Below are positions 24,393-36,198 of a DNA stretch of 64,000 nucleotides, piece by piece. How positions within the stretch are numbered: the stretch's first letter is position 1; each line of letters starts with the position of its first letter. The DNA lies in assembly GCF_001194135.2 (NCBI RefSeq), contig NC_068985.1, forward strand, positions 94,701,647 to 94,765,646, read 5' to 3'. The translations under genes were made by a program, and so were the position numbers. This DNA is from Octopus bimaculoides. Lineage: Eukaryota. A model generated the notes under the pieces. The model was given only the letters and a program-made list of their open reading frames with translations. It had not been told where the DNA came from and made no database searches.

Positions 24393-25464
24393 CGTGTAAA
24401 TGTGTTTGTGTGTGGTGTGTTTGTGTATACAAATAATATTTAAAAGCCCACGAGCTTAGTTACCGCGAAAAGCTTTGCAGAATAAAACTAAATCTAATAA
24501 TCTACCAATATTGGAAAATATGTTTCACATTTATTTCCTTAAAGTACACTAACCTAATTTTTAAACTAAACCTGACTGAAGGCCAATTATCTCCGAGAAA
24601 GAACATTTTTACGAATAGCTATCAAGCATATACTAGACACAATGTTGTTTAGAACGAAAACGGCATCTTGAACAATGGTTTGTCAACAATTGCAGAAGAG
24701 ATAATAACATTAGGGACAAATACAACAGTAAATTTAACCGGTTCAAAAGTAAAGACTTTTCTCTCTTCTTCGAAAGCATTTGTTTTTGCTAACACTATAG
24801 TACCTATCTTGGAACGTAGGACGGAAATTCTATTTGTTTCTTCTTTTTTTCATTTTTGGAAAATTTCCTCTGGTTGAAAAGATATCGGAATTGCATTGTT
24901 TCTTATCTTTATGGGAGCATCCGGTGCGAGAGTTTTTAATGGTGACGTGCTCTTAACCTCACAAATAGGAATGGCCGGATTAGAACTGTCTTTCATGAAA
25001 TTTAGTGAAAGATGTTTCAAAAATTCCAGCTCACACTGGTGCTAGTAAAGTTATTTATTTTCGAAGTCACATTAAATTTTCATGTTTTCCCCACACAGAA
25101 AACTTAAAGAAAACGTATTTTATAGACGAAAAAGATTCCAATAAGCCTTCCTTTTGTCAAGGAAATTTAATTTGTAATATTACTGAGCGAATATACGCGT
25201 TAATATTGCTTCTCATTAACTTATTAATGTAATAAACCACTATGCGATAGTAGCTTCTCAAATAAAATTCAATATATTTCTCACTCCAATGCCGCCTGTC
25301 TTAAAAATATACCAAGATACAGCTGTTGCGTAATCGCTTCTAGTACTGTTAAAGAATTTCTAAATTTAATTTCTTTTTCTTTTCTAACACATCATATTAT
25401 AAATTTTGTATTAAAAGAATTGAAGTTATGTAGTCTTGCTGTAGATAGTGGAAGTGCATGTCTT

Positions 25465-25715
25465 AGATGTTAGTGTGTTCGGCTCATGATAAAGAGATTG
25501 TAGTTTCGATTCATGGACCGGGATTTGCGTTGTGTTCTTGCGCAAATTGCTCTAGTCCCACTCAATGCTCTAGTCCCACTCATTGCTCTAGTCCCACTCA
25601 TTGCTCTAGTCCCACTCATTGCTCTAGTCCTATTGCGGGTAAAAATTAGCAACCCTGCGACGGAGCGGAGTCCCGTCCAGGGTGGAATATGCTAGCCACA
25701 GAAACCGGTAAACAA
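25465..25715 (+). mobile_element. tRNA-derived SINE of a fourth family (V-domain-like 3' part)
   Basis: B-box-like gtttcgattc, gcgttgtgttcttg, and gcaaccctgcgacggagcggagtcccgtccagggtgg...gccacagaaaccgg; the domain name is from recall. Confidence 0.55.
25547..25630. repeat. 18-bp minisatellite (ttgctctagtcccactca) x4.7
   Basis: Units at 25547, 25565, 25583, 25601, 25619 (partial); one mismatch overall. Confidence 0.95.
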
Positions 25716-27957
25716 GCCCTATTCTCCTTACTGAATAATGTGGACAAACCAGCTTGAATTCAAAACGATTCTCCAACAACAATTTTACAGTCGCTGCTCC
25801 TATCTAACTCCATTGCACCAGCAAATTGTTCACCCTATGGCAATTGCTTCTGGAACCATGTAAAGGATTCAGATATCTGAAGGAAATCTGATATTAGTTA
25901 CAATAGGGAATTAGATATTTTGCTCCGATAATATGTGCTAGGCATTTCTCTTAGAACTTATTTCACATTGCTCTTGTGAGTACTAAATCATGCATCTGTC
26001 ATACGTAAGTATAATTTTGTGAAAGCTCAATGTCACATATGAGACCACGGAACTGACTCTACAAGATTATTCTAACAGTGATAGGTGAGAGAACTACAAA
26101 GTGGTAAATGCGTTATAAACGATTGTAGAACGTTATTCAATAGTACCGTTGAAATATGTTTTGAACACCTAACGCATTCACCGAATTTCGTGGACTTGGT
26201 TATGAATGCAACCAAGAAACACTGTCAAATTGCCCCAGAATTATGCAAAGAAACTGACGGGAACTGAACATTCATAGTCAAAGCGAAAAATGAACATTTT
26301 ATGCAATCGAGACAAGCTTTTATTTATTACGTATTTGAACGATTTGTTCAAGGTAAGGAATTGTTTATCCATAAATATGGAGTTTGATTACTGCTATAAG
26401 GAATAAAGAATAAATAACATAAATACAGTCATTCAAGTAAAGAAATGGTCCAAAAGAACACTTTCAATATTTGATCTGGGAGACTTCTAATTTTCGAAAA
26501 GGTGAGCATTTTCAATTCGATGAGACGACCATGGTAACGAAGTGCCACCAAATTTTTATGATTAATTAATAACAAAATTTAAAACGTAAACATATACGCA
26601 TTCTGACGTTTCTTTCGAGAGTTACCTTGAGATGAAATCGCTAATTAAATACGTCAATCCAATTCTAAATTAAAACATAAAAAAGAAAAACAAAAGATAC
26701 TGAAATGACGAATAGAAATAGCTTTCTACACAGCGCTCTGGTAGATTCAATACAAATTGTAACTGGTGAAAAAAATAATTATTAAGAGCTCATTATTCAG
26801 CTAATTAATAATTAGAAGGTTTTCATCATTTTGATATTGTACATTCATTATCATTTTTGATATGGGAAGTCTAATTGCGTAACACTTCTTCATGCTGAGC
26901 ACGCATGAACTATAATACATTTTGCTTTTCAGCGTTTCCATTTCACCTTTCGTTATTTCATTTTTACAAAGACCGCGAAATATTTTTTATTATGTACAGT
27001 ATAAACCATGGTCCAAAATGCATTAGATTTTTGAAATGAAGCATACGATATAATTTAATATGATATAATGCAATATAACTTAATATAGTATAACTTAATA
27101 TAATGTAACAATGTAATATAATATAATATAACATAATAAAATTTTTGCGAAAAATATAATTACATAATGGAGTGTAAATATAGAAAAAAATAATTCTAAA
27201 TCTTAGCCTTGGAAAAGATTATTGGGTTTTGAATTAATTAAACAGGGAATATTTTACTAATTTCATTTATTTTACATCTTGACAGATACACTCGTAAGTT
27301 AGGAAAACTTTGTCCTGATGTCGATGTGAGCGATTCTTTCGATGTTGGGATCGGTCTTCACAATCATTTCGTTCACTGCTACGATATTTCTAAGTACCTT
27401 TCCATATTGCTTGAAATAGAGTATCGTTATTTCTTCTCCGTATCTTTGTCATTAATGTCTTCTTAACTGGATCCGTTTTGTTTATGTAAAGAACAGTTAT
27501 CAATTATTTTATATGAGACAAAAAAAAAATCCTTAACGGTTGTAGAGTCAACATACTGTTTTACAATAGGTACTATTCCTTGTATAACTTGTACTTGAGA
27601 AAATAAATCCTTTGAAATTATCTGAGCATTGTGAAAAGATACTTTCCATATATTTGCTTGAACTTAGTTCCTCACTAGGATGTTCAATGGTATCAATTTT
27701 ATTTTTTACATTCTGCTAGAAATCAACTTGAGAAATTGCATTTTCCCTGTGTAGAAGTTCATATGAAATAGGTTTTAAATGTTATGCTTATTTATTGAAT
27801 GATCATGTGCAGCTGGTTGCCTGAAGTTTTATCTTAAATTGATACTAAAATTAATACTAAAATAATATCATAAACGTAACATTTCTTCGCTTACAATATA
27901 TATCAAAAACTGAGAAGTATTGTAAAACCACTTTGTAAAAACCAATTCTTCGAACAA

Positions 27958-28470
27958 ATATACGAAGCCCAATATTTCCACCATGACAACTCGTCTGATA
28001 AGAATACACCAGGCACATGTTTTACAACCAGATGTGGACGGCATAGTGACCTCATATGATGATAAACATCAAACGTATGATCTTGGAGGTGGGGGCCAGG
28101 TAGAATTTTCTTCGAGTCCAGTAGATCAACCCATTCAAAAGGTTCCTGAATAAGGGTTGTTTAAGGATGAAAGAAGAAACAACCATGTTCCCAGAGGAGA
28201 ATTATTCAAATCCTAAAGAACTCCTCTCAACACATAGCTATGATGCTTCCCCACTACATCTGATCGTGGTCAGTGATGCACATATCAGGAACCACTAAGG
28301 AACATGCTCAACCGGTTAAAGTCAAGCAACTAACAAATAAACCTGTGGTATTGAACAAAATATATACTGTAGCCCATCTTTTGCACCAAAACAAAACGCA
28401 CATGGTAACACTTCCAATCAGCTTAGAGTTACTGAGAGTCACTGCCTGGTACTGCATACCGCATCAGGGC

Positions 28471-28475
<5 letters not shown>
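27958..28475. mobile_element. Non-coding repeat family D, copy 1
   Basis: Collinear with 28568-29102 (cgtctgataag, cctgaata.gggttgtt, aattattcaaa, ccactaagg, gcctggtactgc); abuts (TTA)n. Confidence 0.75.

Positions 28476-28567
<92 letters not shown>
28476..28567. repeat. (TTA)n microsatellite, about 30 units
   Basis: Direct reading. Confidence 0.95.
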
Positions 28568-29102
28568 GTGTGAGAGAGCAGTGCATACCATCAAAGTGAT
28601 ACTCGGGTACAAATATACGGATCCCAGTATACTCAACTTGACTAGCCGTCTGATAAGCGTACACCAGGTACATGCATCACGACCATTTGTGCGCAACATG
28701 ATGATCTCATATAAAAATATGACCTTGCAGTGCATAATCTTGCAGGTGGGGCCTAGTTAAAGATTTCTTCACGTCGAGTAACCCATCCCACTCAAATGGT
28801 CCCTGAATAGGGGTTGTTCAAGGGTGTTCAACGAAGCATTAATGTTTCCAGAGGTGAATTATTCAAACCCCAATGAATTCCTCTCAGCACATGGCTATGA
28901 TGCTCCGTCTCTACGTTTGCCCGTGATCAGAGCCACTAAGGGACATACTCAACTGGTTATAGTCAAACAACTGACAAGCAAATCTGTGGTATTGAGCAGA
29001 TTATTTGCTGTCGCCCATCTATTATACCAAGACAAAACACGTACATGATGACACTCCATCAGTTAAGACCAGAAGTCACGAGAGACAGTGCCTGGTACTG
29101 CT
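28568..29102. mobile_element. Non-coding repeat family D, copy 2, flanked by (TTA)n on both sides
   Basis: Same orientation as copy 1; no long ORF. Confidence 0.75.
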
Positions 29103-29119
29103 TTATTATTATTATTATT

Positions 29120-29481
29120 CAGTAGTTTTATTTTTATAACGTGCTTTCACTTCACTACCGAGTGCAGTTCTGTGCGCCTTGGGTATGTGCTGTGGTTTGC
29201 TGTGGTGCTCTTATGTTTACTGTATTGAAAGTGTTTTGCGTAGAATGTGTGCAGTACCCAGTAGTGCAATTTTCTGTATGTTATATATATTTGTAAGTCC
29301 TGGTGTTTTTGTTATGTATTTGTCTGAGTATTTTTTAATTATACCTAAGGCACCTACTATGATAGGAATTGTTTCTGTTTTTAGATTCCACATTCGAGTT
29401 ATCTCTATTTCCAGGTCTTTGTATTTTGAAAGTTTTTCCATTTCTTTTAGAAAAACGTTGTCATCTGCTGGTATTGATACA
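29120..29481 (-). mobile_element. 3' end of a third R4/Dong-type LINE (5' part in gap)
   Basis: EKLSKYKDLEIEITRMWNLKTETIPIIVGALG...IQKIALLGTAHILRKTLSIQ*, 3' UTR, then (TAA)n. Confidence 0.9.
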
Positions 29482-30214
29482 NNNNNNNNNNNNNNNNNNN
29501 NNNNNNNNNNNNNNNNNNNNNNNNNNNNNNNNNNNNNNNNNNNNNNNNNNNNNNNNNNNNNNNNNNNNNNNNNNNNNNNNNNNNNNNNNNNNNNNNNNNN
29601 NNNNNNNNNNNNNNNNNNNNNNNNNNNNNNNNNNNNNNNNNNNNNNNNNNNNNNNNNNNNNNNNNNNNNNNNNNNNNNNNNNNNNNNNNNNNNNNNNNNN
29701 NNNNNNNNNNNNNNNNNNNNNNNNNNNNNNNNNNNNNNNNNNNNNNNNNNNNNNNNNNNNNNNNNNNNNNNNNNNNNNNNNNNNNNNNNNNNNNNNNNNN
29801 NNNNNNNNNNNNNNNNNNNNNNNNNNNNNNNNNNNNNNNNNNNNNNNNNNNNNNNNNNNNNNNNNNNNNNNNNNNNNNNNNNNNNNNNNNNNNNNNNNNN
29901 NNNNNNNNNNNNNNNNNNNNNNNNNNNNNNNNNNNNNNNNNNNNNNNNNNNNNNNNNNNNNNNNNNNNNNNNNNNNNNNNNNNNNNNNNNNNNNNNNNNN
30001 NNNNNNNNNNNNNNNNNNNNNNNNNNNNNNNNNNNNNNNNNNNNNNNNNNNNNNNNNNNNNNNNNNNNNNNNNNNNNNNNNNNNNNNNNNNNNNNNNNNN
30101 NNNNNNNNNNNNNNNNNNNNNNNNNNNNNNNNNNNNNNNNNNNNNNNNNNNNNNNNNNNNNNNNNNNNNNNNNNNNNNNNNNNNNNNNNNNNNNNNNNNN
30201 NNNNNNNNNNNNNN

Positions 30215-30278
30215 TCTTCTTCTTCTTCTTCTTCTTCTTCTTCTTCTTCTTCTTCTTCTTCTTCTTCTTCTTCTTCTT

Positions 30279-30352
<74 letters not shown>
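30215..30352. repeat. (TTC)n(TTA)n compound microsatellite
   Basis: Direct reading. Confidence 0.95.
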
Positions 30353-32352
30353 TGCTTCAAGAGAAATATTCACGCCGGAGATACAGTTACTCTAAAACAA
30401 TGAACAAATCGCGTAAATATAAATGTTTGCAAATAGAGACAACTAGAATGGGAAACTATGAATGGGAAGAAGACAATAGTAAAATAATAGGGTCCTTGTA
30501 CACACAACATGCAATAGATAATACTGCAAGGCATTGGACGTGTATTACGTAGAGTATTGTGAATAGAATAGTCAATAGAAAGCCAAAGCAAACACAATAC
30601 ATGCTTCGGGTCTTAGTAATGTGGTGAGTCGTATATTGAAATCATAAATAGAAATAACTCTACTGTAGGTAACAACAAGACTAGCAAGTGCAAATGTAAC
30701 AGCCACCCCCAATAGCAGCAGTACCACCACCACCACCACCACCACTACCACCACTAGCTACCCCTCACGTTTCTCAATATACGAGGTGACAGACAAGTCA
30801 GTAAATATCTCTGCTAGTCAAGAAGTGATTATAGTCTAGAATGTTCTAATGCTTTCTTCAACTATTTATTGAGATATTTCTGTATTACACGAGTTTCTTA
30901 TCTGACTATCGGCCATCTCGTAATATTTTAATATTTAGTTTTTCAATAATTATCAACTATGTTTTTTTTATTGCTATTGAGGTATGATTTTGGAGAGACA
31001 TTTGAAGAGTTGATTATACTGTTGACTAACTTAACAACATCATCCACGGAAGATACAATTATTACTCTGGTGGCATGACTTTTGATGTTACCATATACAA
31101 AACGTGTTATCTTACAGCTGATAGAGTTACATTCTTTTAGTTTCTTACGACAATAAAGCCCTTTAATTAATACGTGTTTAAGAGTAGAAATTTATGTGTG
31201 AGTTGCCATAGATATTGGATAGTCTATCGGGAATTGGCACCTGACGGTTCGTACGTCCATTATTCAATTCGCATCCAAAAATTGTATCCTGAATCCGATA
31301 TTTTCCGCAAACTTTCGCTGTTCTTATGAAGACACGTTATATGTTATAGCTGCGATCTATCATCTGTAATGCCATCTGTTGACGAATGCTATTTCCAGTG
31401 TTATAATACAGAAGGATATTAAATTTCCATTTGCTCTGCACTTCAATTAGTGAGGTGTTTCCTAGAAACTTGATCGATGAAAGAAAACCTGAAGCCATTT
31501 GATATTGTATTGACTCGTGTTATAATCTTATTCCTTGAGTGGTTTGTTTATGTATACGGTGATGTTCTCCTTAAATCAAGTTGTGAGCTGTGTTTCAAGC
31601 TGTTTGTGTCTTTCCTCAATTTCTACATATTCCTTATCGGATACTGCACATCTGTATAATGGCAACAATCATATTTATATTATAGTTACCGTTTTTGCTT
31701 TGATTGTAGTTCATCGTCTTCGCAATTTTCGCGAAGAAAGAACCGACTGTACAATTTTGGTCATTGATTTTACTTAGCTGTATCGTTCCTATCAAAAACT
31801 GCAAGTTTCAGGTGACATTTGTCCATACAGAAATGTAAGCGTTTTTTTCTCTCTATAATCCTCATGCAATAACTTCGGGGATTGTTCTTAGGTATTTTGG
31901 ATATCACGTAGTGTTAAGAAAATTTACTCTTATTTCTTTTTAGAATTCTCCAATCTGTATGCTCGTTTTGAATCTTTGGATGTATGATGCGTACATATAA
32001 TAATTTTACGTTACGTGTATATATGTATGTAGCTTTTATATGGATTAAATCAACTGCAGGGTTCGAAAACTAGTGTTAATACAGTTTCATAGAAACGTGT
32101 GGCCATGAGAGAGTTATTGGTTGTGTCTATTTATGTTGTTCCCCTGACAGTAATTCATTGTAAAGAATGAACTTCTTTTCGACAAATAATATGTTCCCAC
32201 CTGAGAACTATTTCGGATAAACCTTGAGATCATTCTGGTATAGAAACTTGTCCATATATATTTGAATTAATATCAATATATGATGTATTTCTGTGTAAGA
32301 GCGAACACATTAATGTATATGTTCGCAAATTAATCTCTCTCTCTCTCTCTCC

Positions 32353-32392
<40 letters not shown>

Positions 32393-33311
32393 ACATGCGC
32401 GCACACACACACACAGACACATNNNNNNNNNNCACATACACACATGCGCGCACACACACACACAGACACATGCACACACACACACATGTAGAAGAAAGCA
32501 GAGTGGTCGTCATATGATCAATGACATTTCATTGGTGTTGATTTTGTCTTTTGTTAATATCTATGAAACTAAATAAAATATTGTCACCGCTATTATGGAA
32601 GACAATAAAATTTGATTTGTGTGAATTTAAGCGATAATTGTTGCAATCCAGAAACTCCGTAGCGTATTCCGTCTTGGTTTGAAAATTATGTGGTAGAATG
32701 TATAGTTTATGTAATTAATTGTCAAGAATACTTTAAACCTGTGGCAGATTAATTCCCGTGAATAACTTATTGCTCCGGTTTTCTATTTAACAAAAAGAAA
32801 AAAATAATAATAGCGTTTGTTCTTGGCCTAGCGTAAATATCAATAACAACAGGATATTATAACTGTCGGAAAAGATCATTATGGAAAGCCATCTGACGTT
32901 CGAACATGAAACAGATCAATAGATCAATGTTATATAGATTGTATTCATAGTTTTGGTCAACACTATTTACATTTGAATGTGAACATTTTTTTTTTATTTA
33001 CAATAGTATCATGAACAGAAAAATGAATAGTTTTATTGTGGAGTTATATGGAATGTCCCCGTGGTTTGTAAAATAGGGGACTCATCAAAATGAAATAACT
33101 ACTGATTGAAGATATATAAGTAGATACCAACTAATCTCTCTTTTTATGTCTATGAGGGTATTACATTTAAAGGCAAGGGGTTGAAACCTATACATGCAAT
33201 GTTTTGTAAAATCTATAGATGTATTCTGTAGTGCAGTATAAAATATTGACAAAAAGAAAGAAAGAAAACGGTTTTACAGCTCTAATTTTCAAAATATCTC
33301 CCGGTAGTGCA

Positions 33312-33460
33312 GCAGCTGCTGTGTGGTAAGAAGCTTGCTTACCAACCACATGGTTCCGGGTTCAGTTCCACTACCTTGGGCAAGTGTCTTCTACTATAGC
33401 CTCGGGCCGACCAAAACCTTGTGAGTGGATTTGGTACACGGAAACTGAAAGAAGCCTGTC

Positions 33461-33496
<36 letters not shown>

Positions 33497-33699
33497 NNNN
33501 NNNNNNTTGTCCCCCCAACGTCGCTTGACAACCGATGCTGGTGTGTTTACGTCCCCGTAACCTAGAGGTTCGGCAAAAGACACCGATAGAATAAGTACTA
33601 GGCTTCCAAAGAATAAGTCCTGGAGTCGATTTGCTCGACTAAAGGCGGTGTTCCAGCATGGCCGCAGTCAAATGACTGAAACAAGTAAAAGTGTAAAGA
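33312..33699 (+). mobile_element. SINE family A, full length with internal (TA)n and gap
   Basis: Homologous end to end with 6933-7304. Confidence 0.9.
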
Positions 33700-35616
33700 G
33701 AGTGGTGATTTATACTTGTTGATAGGCCTCTGCAAGCTTATAACCAAAACCTGAATAACAGGTTAAACAGAAGCGCAGAGGATAAAGGACGAGAGGACGG
33801 TTTTGGCAGAAAAGAAGAAATATCTAAGCAGCTATTATGAGCTATGCTGCTGAAAATAAAGTGAGACACATAGAAAGGGAAGTGATTTGAACAAACATGC
33901 AGATGCTAAAATCGCTAATACTCAGAGGAATAAAATACGTAAATATCTTAAGATTAAAAAAGATTACATACTAGGTGTAATTCTTCCATGTGAAACATAC
34001 TGTATGTTTATGTTAATATGGATTTTGCTATTTATTTATATTTTCCTGCTAGGAAATTATCAGCTTTTATTTACATTTCACACCAGGGGTCTTTGACTAA
34101 ACATTAACAATCGCTTGAATATAAACTGCCTAATTTCAGAGAACGTTGATGATTCTCAATTTAATGCTCTTATTTGTTATTCACCATTTGAAATGGTGTA
34201 AATACTTTTAGTAACTTTTCTGGAATCTCATGTTTCTGCAGAACTTAATAACACATCCTAATACCGAGTTTCAAGCAAAACATTTGATCTCACGCTTAAT
34301 AGAAATATGCAACTTACGGCTTTATTCCTGTATAAGACTACAGATATATTTATTCACAAGAAGGTAAGAAATGCTTATAGCAATGCTATTATTGCGGTGA
34401 ATAAGTATCAGCTTTGCTAGGAATCTTACTTTTCAACTGTCTCAAAGGAAGACTATTTACCTGAAACGTAAAAACTACTCAATCTAGATATAACTATTTA
34501 GCTGACGAATCTACTTGGTTATGTGAACATATCAAATATATAGTACAGCGTTAACAGTAACTATTGAGGCAAGCCGAGAAGTTTATTTTGGCAACAAAAA
34601 CACTTCAAGTTCTTTCTGTAAACTGTTGTTAGTAATAATCACAATCGTGTTTATTCATATTTTTCATTTCCTTTTCAAACCAACGCTTAAAATGATCGAT
34701 AATTCAGGTGTTACGTAACCAAATAAACCATCATCAATATGGTGATATGTTTTATCCAATTTACGTGCGTCTTTACCGCAACATTCAGTTTAATTTCACA
34801 CTTAGCTTAGCATTCTATGCAATCAACCTGAATAAAAGAATCAATTTAATTCAAACAGGAAATGACAGAAGTTTTAAAAGAATGGAAGACATTCAGTTGT
34901 TGATTTGAAGTAGTTTTAGAACACTTTTCTGATAAAATATTTGTTTATATGTGTATATTAAAGAGTAAAAATACCAGTCATATCATTCAGTGCTGGATGA
35001 CATAGCTATCGCGTAATATAGCATATGAAATGAAATACCGAAGTGGGAAAGTTTTCTTTTTGCTTATAATTTATGATTAACCATAAGATTTTCATTCAAT
35101 TTCTATCATTGAAGCATATTTCCAAATCACAGCAGTTTAACAAAATGAACTACCGAATCAGGAGAATATTGCTACTGTTTCAGTAACCCACACTTCACCT
35201 TCGAAATATCTAAGGATGATTTCTGCCTCCGTTTTAGTTTCTTTATTTTTTTCTTTTTATGTTTTCCTTTTTTTCTCTCATATTTCACAATTTTCTTATT
35301 TTCGGATATCAGCACGATCAGGCAACAGTGTGTTCGTTGAAATTATAAACAACACTATTGAATCTTGTTAGATTCATTGATTCGGAAGTGCTTCTAGCTG
35401 TGGAAACACGACAGGTCAATAACCAATGTTCCAGAATTCCTTGTACTAATGTATCGCGTTTACTATGAACACATAGACGTCGTAAAGGAGAAGTTATTAC
35501 GAACAGAACAGCAATTAGCATATTCATGTTCGAATCACTCCGAACATATTAAGAATATGCTAGTCGTCGTATCGTTTTTCTGTGAGCCGTAAAACGCACC
35601 CAGAATGATAATTCTA

Positions 35617-35743
35617 CAGCGTGTCCACAAAGTCTGGGTACATGGGGATTAACACATACTTTAAGAAATTATTATTTTTTATATTTAACAGTTTATGTTA
35701 TGATTTTATTTACTCCATGTACCCAGACCTTGTGGACACCCTG
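35617..35743. mobile_element. Tc1/mariner-type MITE, 127 bp
   Basis: 29-bp TIRs with 2 mismatches (cagcgtgtccacaaagtctgggtacatgg), TA on both sides. Confidence 0.88.
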
Positions 35744-35994
35744 TATTATTCCTATATTTAAATCAAGAATATATATACATAAAGGTGTGTCGCACCACTC
35801 ATACAGTATATTGACACACACGTACAGTGTATGACAAGGAGTAAACTCCTGCCTTTGATGGATTATAAGACACATTTTCCACCTGAATATGCGATGCTGA
35901 GATTGGGCTGCGTCTAGTATGACAATACTTCTTTTATGCCATCAAATAGTGTTTACCTAATCTGAGATGAAGCGATCAACTGGAAGTTGATACT

Positions 35995-36198
35995 GATTTC
36001 AAATTTTGGCAGAAGACCAGCAAATTCGGAGAAGTAGGGATGTCGATTAAATCCACTCCATTACTCAACTGGTACTTTGTTTTAAAATGAAACTTCAAGT
36101 ATGAAAGATAATGACGGAATTTGAGAGAACATGAAAACGTTCGAAATACCGCCGAGCATTTTACGCAAGGTGCTAACGATTCTGCCAGCTCGCCACCT
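35995..36198 (-). mobile_element. SINE family B, degenerate
   Basis: caactggtact...gaaataccgccgagcatttt...gctaacgattctgccagctcgccacct. Confidence 0.7.

Noticed and set aside
25547-25630. CRISPR-like array
   Set aside because: Contiguous tandem units without spacers, eukaryotic context, no cas genes.
25467-25695. ORFs with CSSPTH / AMSGTR / ALVPLI repeats
   Set aside because: Translations of the 18-bp minisatellite inside a SINE.
26085-26267. Mariner HPPYSPDL-like EHLTHSPNFVDL
   Set aside because: Too weak, with no TIRs or flanking transposase motifs.
32384-32471. 39-bp duplication around a 10-N gap
   Set aside because: Same contig-overlap artefact.
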